Shown here piece after piece: positions 23,916-37,400 of a stretch of DNA of 64,000 bases (position 1 is the stretch's first letter; every line of letters starts with the position of its first letter). Both the position numbers and the translations under genes were made by a program. Origin of the DNA: Haliotis cracherodii (lineage: Eukaryota); assembly GCF_022045235.1 (NCBI RefSeq), contig NW_027266330.1:24614001-24678000 (forward strand), written 5' to 3'. Below the pieces are notes generated by a model that ran no database searches, was not told where the DNA came from, and worked only from the letters and a program-made list of their open reading frames with translations.

Positions 23916-24342
23916 TGGAAGGACATGAACACATGACACTTTCATATGGATAGTAACTTCTTTTATTCTTCGTCACGACGTTTCTGAGCTAATGAAGCAG
24001 GGAGTGGCTCTGAAACGTCGTGACAAAGAAGGAAAGAAGCTGCTATCCATAAAAAGATGTCATATATTCATTTTTTTCAAATTTCAGCAATATTCCAGTG
24101 CAAACGTGGCGGTGCGTGTCACATCAGGTCAGGCTTCACGCATGTCTGCATGGCAAACGAATGCTGTAAACATAACACCACCCAGAGGTTACCCTATCGC
24201 CCCTGTCCAGAAGACAGAGGGTTGTAATCTGAAGCACCGGTATATCAATGTGGGAAAGGTGTTGTGCAATAGTTTATGCCAAATAGTCAACCAATATTTA
24301 TAGTATTTGGTTATGTGTTTTATGACTTATAAAACGTTTATT

Positions 24343-24406
24343 AGGTGAGGTGAAATTGGGTTTAACGTCGCGTCCAAGATTATTGCACTTATATAGCGAC
24401 GTGCAT

Positions 24407-24471
<65 letters not shown>

Positions 24472-24745
24472 TGTGTGTGGCTGCTTGTAGTAGAGCGGAC
24501 TGGTGCCGATTTATAGTGCTAGCCCACTGAGATACCATGCGGCAGTTTAACATGATCAATACCCCACTCAGACACAGTATACTGACTCCGAGCCGACCAG
24601 TCCTTGTTTTAGCCCCTTAATGCTGAGTCGCCAGACAGGGTAACAACAAGTACCATCTTTTAACGTCTTTTGGTATGACGCGGCCGGGGATCGAACCCCT
24701 GACCTTCCGTTTTCCGTGCGGACGCTCTACCACTAGACCACGGTC
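24343..24745 (-). mobile_element. tRNA-derived Meta-type SINE (family D) with internal (GT)n
   Basis: Reverse complement of gaccgtggtctagtggtagagcg...gggttcgatcccc...gtcataccaaaagac; TSD aaacgtttatta. Confidence 0.88.
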
Positions 24746-25539
24746 AAACGTTTATTAAATCTTTCGTGTGTACTTAGACCTTTAAGGTATTCACGAAAGT
24801 AGGATAGGTTCACTTTGAAGTATCCTCGGCCTCTACAGATTAAGTCTTACAACCCATGTGCTATCCTTTCCCAGTGATGTGGAAAGACGTATCGTGCAGA
24901 ATATGCATTGTACGATGTTTTGAGATGACATTTATTTTGGTTATTCAGTTTACTTTAGAAGAATGAACAAGGATGTAGCTCGCATTACATCTTGCTTGCA
25001 AATGCGGTGCGCAGTGACCTGAAAACTCAAGACAGAAGGCAAAGAGATAATGCCAACTTGCCTCACAGCTCCTGTAGGTGTTGTTGAGTGCCCGTTTGGG
25101 GCCTACATATTCATATATAGGACTGCACAAACACGTTGTGTACCTTGGCTGTCTTGTCTCGTACAACTGATATTTATGGCACGTTCATGGTGTATTGTCT
25201 CAGCATTACTTCATTGCCTCGGGACTCGAACATCAACAAGGTATGTGCATCGATATGACACATGACATGGTGTTTCAATGCTTCGACTATTTAATGCCCA
25301 GCACAGGCGTACCTAAACAGAAGATTTAATCTAATTGTGTCTGATAAACTTCAAAATGAGTGTGCATCTGTTAACGTCATAAGCTCGTGTGTGATTAGGT
25401 GTGCTCTATGGGAATGATTGATATCATCAGCATCGATCAACGCAATTGGGATACGATTACATGCATCAACCAAGTCAGCGGGTCTGACCACCCGATCCCG
25501 TTAGTCGCCTTTTACGACAAGCATGGGTTGCTGAAGACG

Positions 25540-28322
25540 TATGTGGGTATGTAGGAATGTTGGTAAGCGAATATGGGTATTTGCTGGTACGCGGATATGT
25601 TACTGTTGTAGTATGTTGGTATGTAGGGATGTGGGTATAAGAGTATGGGTATTTGCTGGTACGCCGGTATGTAACTGTTTTAGTATTTGGGTGTGCGGGT
25701 ATATAGGAATGTGGGCATGTGAGTATGGGTGTTTGTTGTTGCGCGGGGAAATGTTACTGTTTTAGTAGTTGGGTGTGTTGGTATGTAGGGTTGTGGGCAT
25801 GTGAGTATGGGTGTTTGTTGTTGCGCGGGGAAATGTTACTGTTCTAGTAGTTGGGTGTGTGGGTATGTAGGTATGTAGGGTTGTGGGCATGTGAGTATGG
25901 GTGTTTGTTGTTGCGCGGGGAAATGTTACTGTTCTAGTAGTTGGGTGTGTGGGTATGTAGTGATGTGGGCATGTGAGAATGGGTGTTTGTTGTACGCGGG
26001 TATGTTTGTTCTTGGTCTGTTACTGTTTTAGTAGTTGGGTGTGTGGGTATGTAGTGATGTGGGCATGTGAGAATGGGTGTTTGTTGTACGCGGGTATGTT
26101 TGTTCTTGGTCTGTTCTAGTAGTTGGGTGTGTGGGTATGTAGTGATGTGGGCATGTGAGAATGGGTGTTTGTTGTAGGCGTGTATCTTGGTCTGTTACTG
26201 TTCTAGTAGTTGGGTGTGTGGGTATGTAGTGATGTGGGCATGTGAGAATGGGTGTTTGTTGTACGCGGGTATGTTGGTCTGTTACTGTTCTAGTAGTTGG
26301 GTGTGTGGGTATGTAGTGATGTGGGCATGTGAGAATGGGTGTTTGTTGTAGGCGTGTATGTTGGTCTGTTACTGTTCTAGTAGTTGGGTGTGTGGGTATG
26401 TAGTGATGTGGGCATGTGAGAATGGGTGTTTGTTGTACGCGGGTATGTTTGTTCTTGGTCTGTTACTGTTCTAGTAGTTGGGTGTGTGGGTATGTAGTGA
26501 TGTGGGCATGTGAGAATGGGTGTTTGTTGTACGCGGGTATGTTTGTTCTTGGTCTGTTACTGTTTTAGTAGTTGGGTGTGTGGGTATGTAGTGATGTGGG
26601 CATGTGAGAATGGGTGTTTGTTGTACGCGGGTATGTTTGTTCTTGGTCTGTTACTGTTTTAGTAGTTGGGTGTGTGGGTATGTAGTGATGTGGGCATGTG
26701 AGAATGGGTGTTTGTTGTACGCGGGTATGTTTGTTCTTGGTCTGTTACTGTTTTAGTAGTTGGGTGTGTGGGTATGTAGTGATGTGGGCATGTGAGAATG
26801 GGTGTTTGTTGTACGCGGGTATGTTTGTTCTTGGTCTGTTCTAGTAGTTGGGTGTGTGGGTATGTAGTGATGTGGGCATGTGAGAATGGGTGTTTGTTGT
26901 AGGCGTGTATCTTGGTCTGTTACTGTTCTAGTAGTTGGGTGTGTGGGTATGTAGTGATGTGGGCATGTGAGAATGGGTGTTTGTTGTACGCGGGTATGTT
27001 TGTTCTTGGTCTGTTACTGTTTTAGTAGTTGGGTGTGTGGGTATGTAGTGATGTGGGCATGTGAGAATGGGTGTTTGTTATACGCGGGTATGTTGGTCTG
27101 TTACTGTTCTAGTAGTTGGGTGTGTGGGTATGTAGTGATGTGGGCATGTGAGAATGGGTGTTTGTTGTAGGCGTGTATGTTGGTCTGTTACTGTTCTAGT
27201 AGTTGGGTGTGTGGGTATGTAGTGATGTGGGCATGTGAGAATGGGTGTTTGTTGTACGCGGGTATGTTTGTTCTTGGTCTGTTACTGTTCTAGTAGTTGG
27301 GTGTGTGGGTATGTAGTGATGTGGGCATGTGAGAATGGGTGTTTGTTGTACGCGGGTATGTTGGTCTGTTACTGTTCTAGTAGTTGGGTGTGTGGGTATG
27401 TAGTGATGTGGGCATGTGAGAATGGGTGTTTGTTGTAGGCGTGTATGTTGGTCTGTTACTGTTTTAGTATTTGGGTGTGTGGGTATGTAGTGATGTGGGC
27501 ATGTGAGAATGGGTGTTTGTTATACGCGGGTATGTTGGTCTGTTACTGTTTTAGTATTTGGGTGTGTGGGTATGTAGTGATGTGGGCATGTGAGAATGGG
27601 TGTGTTATACGCGGGTATGTTGGTCTGTTACTGTTTTAGTATTTGGGTGTGTGGGTATGTATGGTTGTGGGCATGTGAGAATGGGTGTTTGTTATACGCG
27701 GGTATGTTGGTCTGTTACTGTTTTAGTATTTGGGTGTGTGGGTATGTAGTGATGTGGGCATGTGAGAATGGGTGTGTTATACGCGGTTATGTTGGTCTGT
27801 TACTGTTTTAGTAGTTGGGTGTGTGGGTATGTAGTGATGTGGGCATGTGAGAATGGGTGTGTTATACGCGTGTATGTTGGTCTGTTACTGTTCTAGTAGT
27901 TGGGTGTGTGGGTATGTAGTGATGTGGGCATGTGAGAATGGGTGTTTGTTGTAGGCGTGTATGTTGGTCTGTTACTGTTTTAGTATTTGGGTGTGTGGGT
28001 ATGTAGTGATGTGGGCATGTGAGAATGGGTGTTTGTTATACGCGGGTATGTTGGTCTGTTACTGTTTTAGTATTTGGGTGTGTGGGTATGTAGTGATGTG
28101 GGCATGTGAGAATGGGTGTGTTATACGCGGTTATGTTGGTCTGTTACTGTTTTAGTATTTGGGGGTGTGGGTATGTAGGAGTGTGGGTATGTGAGTATGG
28201 GTGTTTGTTGTACGCGTGTATGTTGGTCTGTTACTGTTTTAGTAGTTGGGTGTGTGGGTATGTAGGAATATGGATATGTGAGTATGAGCGTTTATTGGTA
28301 CGCGGGTATGTTGGTATGTAGG
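25540..28322. repeat. G/T-rich minisatellite, about 84-94 bp unit, about 30 copies
   Basis: Unit ttgggtgtgtgggtatgtagtgatgtgggcatgtgagaatgggtgtttgttgtacgcgggtatgttggtctgttactgttctagtag, with indel variants and diverged edges. Confidence 0.97.
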
Positions 28323-28434
28323 TAGGCAGATATGCGGGAAACATATAATTTGCATATATAAGCATTTCTCCACGTTCTACATCTTCAGAATTACAGTCTT
28401 CTACAGATAAGTAGAGTATAATATAATTTCAGCG

Positions 28435-31400
28435 ATGGACGCAGCTCATGTTGTCATCCTTCAGAGGAACCATAAGTTCCTGAAGGAGAACCTTCAGGTG
28501 GACCCTGTGCTGGACGCCTTGTTGGAGGACGGTGTCTTCACACAGGTGGACTATGACAGGTGTAGACAGGCTGGCGGAGAAAAGTGTGAGATGTTGTTGG
28601 AGATCCTAAAGAAAAAAGGACTGGAAGGCTACAGAACACTGTGTACAGTCCTGGACACAACGCAACCATTTATTAAAAAACGCCTTGATGGGACCTCGAC
28701 TGAAGCAGGTACAACGTTGTAATTTGTGGCCAAACTTGTATGTATTCTGCATTCTAATAGATAGATGTGTTTCATTTTTACTACTGGGTCCTTACGTTAA
28801 TCTGGGGCTTCTACACATGATTCTACATGATCATGCCAAATAAGCTATCAGTCTTTTGAGATATTTCATTACCATACGACCCTGTTTCAGGAAACGTATT
28901 ATCCACTCTAAAAAGTGATGAAGAAAAGATGTAATTATTGTTTCAAATTTACATAAACCGAGAAAGACATTACTCTCAACAATTACTGACAGACTGATTT
29001 GGCACTATTTTAGGTTTGTTCAAATAGTGCAAAACCTGAGTGAGTGAGTGAGTATGGTTTTACGCCGCTTTTAGCAATATTCCAGCAATATCACGGCAGG
29101 GGAACACCAGAAATGGGCTTCACACATTGGATCCAAATCGGGAATCGAACCCGGGTCTTCGGCGTGACGAGCGAACGCTTTAACCACCAGGCTACCCGAC
29201 CGCCCCTGCAAAACCCGAACAAAACCTGAACATGATAGAAGAATATCAAGCGTTCTAAATGAAATAGTACATTACTAATCACAGTGCCACAGGAAGCAAT
29301 CCGATGATATAGTTTGTTTTGTTTGTTTGTTGTTTAACGCCGCACTCAGCAATATTCCAGCCATATGACGGCTGGCTGTAAAATAATAGAGTCTGGACCA
29401 GACAATCCAGTGATTAACATCATGAGCATGGATCCACGCAATTGAGATCGATGACATGCATCAACCAAGTCAGCAAGCTTGACCAGCCGATCCCGTTAGT
29501 CGCCTTTTACGACAAGCATAGTCGCCATTTACGGCAAGCATGGGTTGCTGAAGACCTTTATGCCCCGGATCTTCACGGGTCATCAGATTATATAATACTG
29601 GTACTTCGGTGAAGAACATAAACGTATATCTATTCTCTTTCAGGTCTGACAAGTGTTATCTTTGTCAATAAGGGAAAGTTAGAAGCTCAGCATAGGAAGG
29701 AAATAGAGGAATATGAGAAGCAGATAGCTCTGTTACAATCAGTAAGTCAAACTCGCTTATTTCTCTGTACCACATAAACTATTTATTAAATAGTATTACT
29801 CTTTAGAAAACGTAGCAAAATTGTGACTGTCCAATATCCAAGGCATGCAGAACTGTGAGGACTAATTTGCCGTAATGTCACGTGACAAATTCGTCAGGGT
29901 TTATAATTGACCTTCACATTGCGAACTTGGTAATCAGCTGTGGAAGTATGGAAATTTGAAATGGAATTTTCAAATTATTTTCTGGGTGTTGTATGTTTAT
30001 CCGTTTTACAATTTCTTCTTTCTTCAAGTTGATATATATTAAAACAATATCTTTATATATGAAACCTTTTTTCACATTATTGAGAAAAGTAACAAAACTA
30101 AAATCAAAATACCAGTCCCAACTTAAACCTCTTTGTGTAGTTGCCAGATAACATCACAACATAGCGATCCACCTAACATTATGCAGAAGAGATACAAGTG
30201 GAAAGGATTAACACACATAAGGCTACACACATTCCTCTAATGCGTTACACACACTGAGTAAAACAAACAAACAAACTACTGACTTTGAAGCGAAGTTTTC
30301 AGTTATTTCTATTTGAACGCTCGTAAAAGTATGGGGGCGTAGAAAACGAGGCAAGGGAGATAACTTACCGTAAAAGTCCAGTTTCCAACCTTGCCGAACT
30401 AAGCAGCAATAATGGAGTTACATTTTGGCTGGACTAACGAGTCTATGTCCAATCAAACTCGCGTACAGAACTAGATATCCGGTTCGTAATTATATATATA
30501 AACAACATGGATTTCAACGTGCAGATTTCGGTCGACTGCAGGATTTGCAAAGCATCTGTACCGCCAGCTGGGCGTCGACATATATTTTGCAAATTCTTTC
30601 ATGTTTTTAAGCTAGGTGCTCACGTGATTTGATACACATCACGGGGTAAGACCCGTTTTATTACAATACAGATCTTGACTATCGAGCAGATCGTCTTGAC
30701 TGGGCGCCGGGGTTTTGTTTGAAGCAAATGCAAGTGATATAAGAGATGGAATCTAATTTATCAATAGTTTGAACATAGAAGGGACATAACTCGTAATAGC
30801 CACTGGTGACACTGGAAATTTCAGCCAAGTTCGGCAAGGGTGGAAACTGGACTTTTAAAGTCGGTTAACGCCCTTGCCTCGTAGAAAATTCCTTCAATCG
30901 AAAATTTCCGATAAGGTTCTTAACTTCGACCCACTTAATCGCAAAACTGATATCCTAAGAGATTAGGAATTTCATGATGAACACGTGAGTATCACCACTT
31001 CACTGCGTAATAAAATTCCTGTCAAAATGAACCCCAAAATGCCGTGTAACTAATAAGAAAAATTTGGTTGGTTGGTTTGTTGTTTAACGCCGCACTCAGC
31101 AATATTCCAGCTTTATGACTGCGGTCTGTAAATAATCGAGTCTGGACTAGACAATCCAGTGATTAATATCATGAGCATCAATCCACGCATTTTGTATCGA
31201 TGACATGCATCAACAAAGTCAGCGAGCCTGACCGCCAGATCCCGTTAGTCGCCTTTTACGACAAGCATAGTCACCATTTACGGCAAGCATGGATTGCTGA
31301 AGACCTTTTCTACCCCGGATCTTCACGGGTTAATAATAAAAGGGAATTCGATAAGTACAAGTTTCTACTTATAACATGTCAACTAACATATCCACCAGAT

Positions 31401-34400
31401 TATCGAGCACAGGCTTAACCCTCATTTTGCATTTTCATGTTATATGAAAAGATTAATACCACAACGCTGTACCCCGATTATGTTTCTAGGTTTGTCAGCA
31501 CCATACCCGTGCTCGTGGGTTTCACCGAAGTGGTAAACGTCTGAGACCTGCATCACTTCGGGCTTTCCTCCCACATTAAGCTGACACGCCGTGATATAAC
31601 TGGAATAATGTTAAAAGCGGCGTTAAACCCAACTCACTCACTCACTCACAGCGCTGTAAGGAGATATCACACTATATGAACAACGTTATTAACATACATT
31701 TTCAGTCGAGAGCCGCATAAGAAAAATAAAGTTTTCATCGGCTTACCAGCAAGTGATTAGTAATGTATTGAGACGGGACACTCTGATAAACATATAGAGA
31801 TGACATAACGAATGTCTGTGTGTATTGATGTTCTTGAAAAATAGTGTAACAATATACTGGCAGTTGATTTGGTTAAAACAAAAGGAAGGTGGTGAACTTT
31901 CTCTCTTGGTCTAGGAATAGCAGGGGCGGTCGGGTAGCCTAGTGGTTAAAGCGTTCGCTCGTCACGCCGAAGACCCGTGTTCGATTCCCGACATGGGTAC
32001 AATATGTGAAGCCCATTTCTGGTGTCCCCCGCCGTGATATTGCTGGAATATTGCTCAAAGCGGCGTAAAACCATACTCACTCACTAGGAATAACGATAAT
32101 GTAGTCTTGATTCAAAAGTAACACCGGTTTAACTGTTAGGATAACTGTAAAGATATAGAATGTGCTCATGTTTTCGCATGTAAGCGATTATTTGGTTAAC
32201 AATTTCCACTCCTGATCATGTTGTTCGCAGAGAATGTGGGCGCTATCCCTTGTATGTCACAGTTAATAAGCGATGTGTACAATATTGGTGCAAACTTGTA
32301 TCAATGCCTGAAACTAGATTTCCACGAGGAGCTACGTACAATGTGATGCTGCAACTGGTTTCACATGGTAGAATCAACTGCACGGCAAAAATAAATTAAC
32401 TGTGTATTTTTGGATTTGGTTAGACAGTATGTAGACAAAGTTGATTCGTTTCTCTCTGAATTAACTAAGCGTTTATAATGTGCTTAATTTCAAAAGATGG
32501 GCATTGGTCGTTTTCCAAAAGTCCCAAAACGAGCTATGATATAAATTTTAGACATACCTTTGAAACAGAATTTTATTTGTTTAATTTAGATATTAATAAA
32601 TTTCGCATTGCATTGGCACAGTTTCGCCGTTGTACTCATTCTCGTTTCATGGAAAATAGCAGGTATTCAAATATTTTTTCGGAACTGAGATTCTGCAAGT
32701 ATGTAATAGAATTTTGGTTGAAAATGAGTATCATTTCTTACTTAACTTAATATACTTACATATACATAAGAAGTATTGTATTAACCCTAATAAAACTAGA
32801 TTTAATTTTTAAAGCCTTCCAAACATATATTTATTTTAGTGAAATGTTGCCATGTTTATCCTCGAGGGTAGGGAACTGAGAAAAGCAGCCTTAAAATAAC
32901 GAACTCATTTAAAATAACGAACTCAAGTGTTCTGTGATTACCTCCCTTCATCTGCCAAGCGGTGTCTGATCGGGTAAACATGTTTGATGGAAAACATAAG
33001 TACCGAATAAGAATCGGCTTGATACAATAATATATTCATTTAAATATGTATATATATATATCATTTGATTTCTTTAAATTAGTTAAACAAACAGCATTCA
33101 GCTGCGCATATTTGTAAAAATGACATTAATCCTACTGTTGATTGAAATGATGTCAGTGATGTATTATTTAGTTTCAGGCCTATATTTTTATTTTATTTCC
33201 AGGACATTAATGACCTCAAACAGCAGTTGGAACAGCCGAGAGGGATCCAGGACACACTAGAGAAGACTAAACACAAGGAGGCAAAAGATCATATTTCACA
33301 GATCAAGGAGCAAGGCGTACATATAGAGTGTGCGTTATAATTTTGATTTTGAAAGTGATTTATTATTGAGTAAGAATTTATTAAACGAGGGTTAATCCTT
33401 TTCAGTCATTGTGGTGATATATATTACCTGGATATGATTGTCCAAATTTTCTGGATCCGTTTGGCCTGATAAGAATAATTTTGCCTTATGTTTTCAGTGC
33501 AATTCCATTTAGCAAAGTCCCAAGGGGACCTACTGAAGGCCAACGAAAAATGTGACAGACTCAAGAAGGTATGCTGCAGAATATATCCTTATATCCATCT
33601 GAATATGCAAAGTGAGTGAGTGAGTATGGTTTTACGCCGTTTTTAGCAATATTCCAGCAATATCATGGCGGGGGACACCAGAAATGGGCTTCACACATTG
33701 TACTCATGTGGGGAATCGAACCCGAGTCTTCGGCGTGACGAGCGAACGCTTTAACCACTAGGCTACCCTCACCGCCTCTCATGTGCATAGGATGACAGAT
33801 TGTAGAGATCATGATCTAATTAATGCCACCCATAATAAACATGAAGGACTGTCCACAGAGGTGAGGCGAAATGTGGTTTCACGTCGAAATCAAGATTTCA
33901 TATATTTATCGACGTGCATGCACGTGTATTTGTGCGGCTGCTCATACTAGTCTGGACTTATGTCGGCTTTACAGGGCTAGGCTTCACAAGTAACATGTCG
34001 GCGTTTAACAATAATACCTCATTCAGACACATTATGCTGACTTGCACGAAGCTGGTTGTCGCATAATTGGAATTGGCTTTAATCACATTTACTCGCATTA
34101 CAATTATGCCTGTATACAACCTAAATTTCATAATTTTATACACTGGAGAGATCCGTGAAGATTCGGGGTAGAATAGGTCTTCAGCAACCCATGCTTGCCG
34201 TAAAAGGCGACTATGCTTGTCGTAAAAGGCGACTAACGGGATCTGGTGGTCAGGCTCGCTGACTTGGTTGATGCACGTCATCGATGCCAATTGCGTGGAT
34301 GTTCATGATGTAAATCACTGGATAGTCTGGTCCCGACTCGATTATTTACAGACCGCCGTCATATAGCTGGAATATTGCTGAGTGCGGCGTAAAACAACAA

Positions 34401-37400
34401 ATCAAACCAAAACCAAATCTAATAAGTATTTGATTCTCCTGGGTTGAAATGCAATTGTGTTATTTGTTTGGAGTCTTGAACGTATTTTCCTACTATAAAA
34501 CATAAATTTAAACACGAAGGACACCTCAGTCATAGTGTCTTATCCTCTTTTGAATGATTTGGTGTTACTTTTAGATGCTGGAGGAAGAAAAAGAAGCCTA
34601 TAAAGCGTTAGTGGGACTTCCTTTAAAACATTTATATTTCTATTTGTCAGGTGGTGTCTATACATCAACAGAGATGGGTGGATTTGGAGAAGATCGTATG
34701 CAAACTTCTTGGTATGAGTTTGTTTTAGAGGGTATTGAATGGAGCAGAATTGGTCATAATTGCAGAAAATACATATACATTTCGAGAGAACAATAGAAAC
34801 AGGGTGTATGAATATACAAATTTGGTTGAAACACTGCAGTGTCTGCAGCGAATTCTTTCAGTGTTTTATTACCTTTGCGACTGAACTAATGCGTCGATTC
34901 TTTGAAGGTGTTAACCTGCAAGAACACACACAAACCCAAATGGTGGCAAGCAACAGAGACGTTCAACCAGGGAGCCCGCTAAGGACACCTGATGTGTATG
35001 AAATGATAAAAACCGTAAGTTACTTGCATTTGTGAAAATAGTAACTGCCTATTCTCTCATCCCAGTGACAGGTACCTGATACATAACCGAATATACGTAT
35101 GGAACTTTTCATGGAAAAAAATATTTTCTGTTAATTTGTGTTTGATAGTGAACTTGGAGTGAGACAAGGCTGCATACTAAGTCCTTTTTTGTGTTTTTAT
35201 TTTTTATCAATTAATTAGCAACACAAATTCAAGATAGTGTACAAATGGAATTCAACTACATCCTGACATGACGCAATTAGTTTTACTATGATTTGCGGAC
35301 TATATTATATTATTCTCAAGTAGCATTGGCGGCTTACAGACACAAATTAACGAATTAGAAAAATACTGTGTTGAATGGAAATTAACTGTAAATAAAGATA
35401 CAACGAAGACAAAGGGGAACGCCTAGAAACTACCTCTTTCTACGTGTATTTATATTAGGTGTATATTTAACAAGTCAACTTCCTGGTATATACATGTAGA
35501 GCAAGCATCGATGCAGGGTATTGATTGGTGTGTTAAAACAATCTATATTCTTGTAAAAATTATTACAAGTCGTTCTACAAGATATTTGTCCGATATTACT
35601 ATATGGAGCAGAGATATGAGGAGTCAGTAAGCTTGAAAAACTAGAAAAAGGTCATGTCTATGCCTGCAAGAAATTCCTTGGTGTTAAGGTTAACAAACCA
35701 AGTGTCATGGTATATGGTGATTGTGGCAGATTTCAAATGTATATATATTCATATACATGTATAAAGGTTATCAAATATTAGTTGAGATTATTGAATATGC
35801 CATCTTATAGGTTCTCGAAAAAAAGTTGTAATATGATGGTCCTCCTTGATAAAAATGGAAAACGTAATTGGGTAACAGGCGTAAAAGACTTGCTGTTTTC
35901 CGTGGTTATGGTAATGTACCGTGTCAACAAAATATACAATGTCATTCTTATTTCATTAGATCATTGACACAAAGACTTAAAGATATATTTTTACAAAACT
36001 GGTCTCTATCTGTATCTGAATCAAACAAAAGTATCTATTACAAAATGGTAAAAGAATGATCTATATCCCGAACAGTATTTATCTCGTTTAACTTTAATAA
36101 AATCCGGGTTTCCTTAGCAAGATTTCGCTGTTGTTCACATTATCTATTTATTGAAACTGGGCGTTACACGGGTATTAAAAGAGAAGAACGTATTTGTCAA
36201 TTGTGCGCTCTGAATGACATTGAAGATGAATATCACTTCATTTTTATATGCTTATTTTATGCAACATTAAGGGCTAAGTATATACCTTAATATTACTATG
36301 TCAATCCCAATTTCTTTAAATTCACATCTCTGTTAAACAACTCGAAGTACTTTCTTTTACAAAATTTATCTCTGTACATTTATCATGCAATGAGACACAG
36401 GAAAAATATATGGACTCTACTGCATTATAAGTGTACTGGGGGCGGTCGGGTAGCCTAGTGGTTAAAGCGTCCGCTCGTCACGCCGAAGACCCGGGTTCGA
36501 TTCCATGGGTACAATGTGTTAAGCCCTTTTCTGGTGTCCCCCGCCGTGATATTGCTGTAATATTGCTAAAAGCGGCGTAAAACCATACACACTCACTCAC
36601 TATAAGTGTACTGGGTCTGGGACCTCCTCAGTACGGAAATATAGAAATCGCTTCAATCGCATTAAAGTAGATTTACAAAAGCCTGTAAGTATGAGTTAAT
36701 CGTTCATTAAACTTTTGACTTGTTATATTCCCCTGTCTGCATAGATGATGTCTGAGGGTGTCAGGTCTCATGATGTACATCAATCATGTATCAAACTGAA
36801 AGGTTAGTAGTATCATCCCTGTGTTGTTGTATAGCACATGCCATTATTACACACCCTATGTTGTTGTACAGCACATGTCATTATAACAATCCCTATGTTG
36901 TACTGTTATGCCATTATAACAATCCCTATGTTGTTGTACAGCACATGCCATTATAACAACCCCTATGTTGTTGTACAGCACATGTCATTATAACAATCCC
37001 TATGTTATTGTACTGTTATGCCATTATAACAACCCCTATGTTGTTGTACAGCACATGTCATTATAACAATCCATATGTTGTACTGTTATGCCATTATAAC
37101 AATCCCTATGTTGTTGTACAGCACATGCCATTATAACAACCCCTATGTTGTTGTACAGCACATGTCATTATAACAATCCCTATGTTGTACTGTTATGCCA
37201 TTATAACAATCCCTATGTTGTTGTACAGCACATGTCATTATAACAACCCCTATGTTGAACTGTTGCTGCCATTATAACAACCCCTATGTTGTTGTACAGC
37301 AAATGCCATTATAACAATCCCTATGCTGTACTGGCATTACATTATAACAATCCCTATGTTGTTGTACTGTTATGCCATTATAACAATCCCTATGTTGTTG

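Noticed and set aside
26967-28321. Cys/Trp-rich ORFs (VCGYVVMWACENGC...)
   Set aside because: They are translations of the minisatellite, with frequent stops and frame changes.
31923-32000. tRNA-Asp-like gene (GTC anticodon-like loop, A/B boxes)
   Set aside because: It is the head of a multi-copy SINE with body, (CACT)n tail and TSDs, and has no proper acceptor stem.
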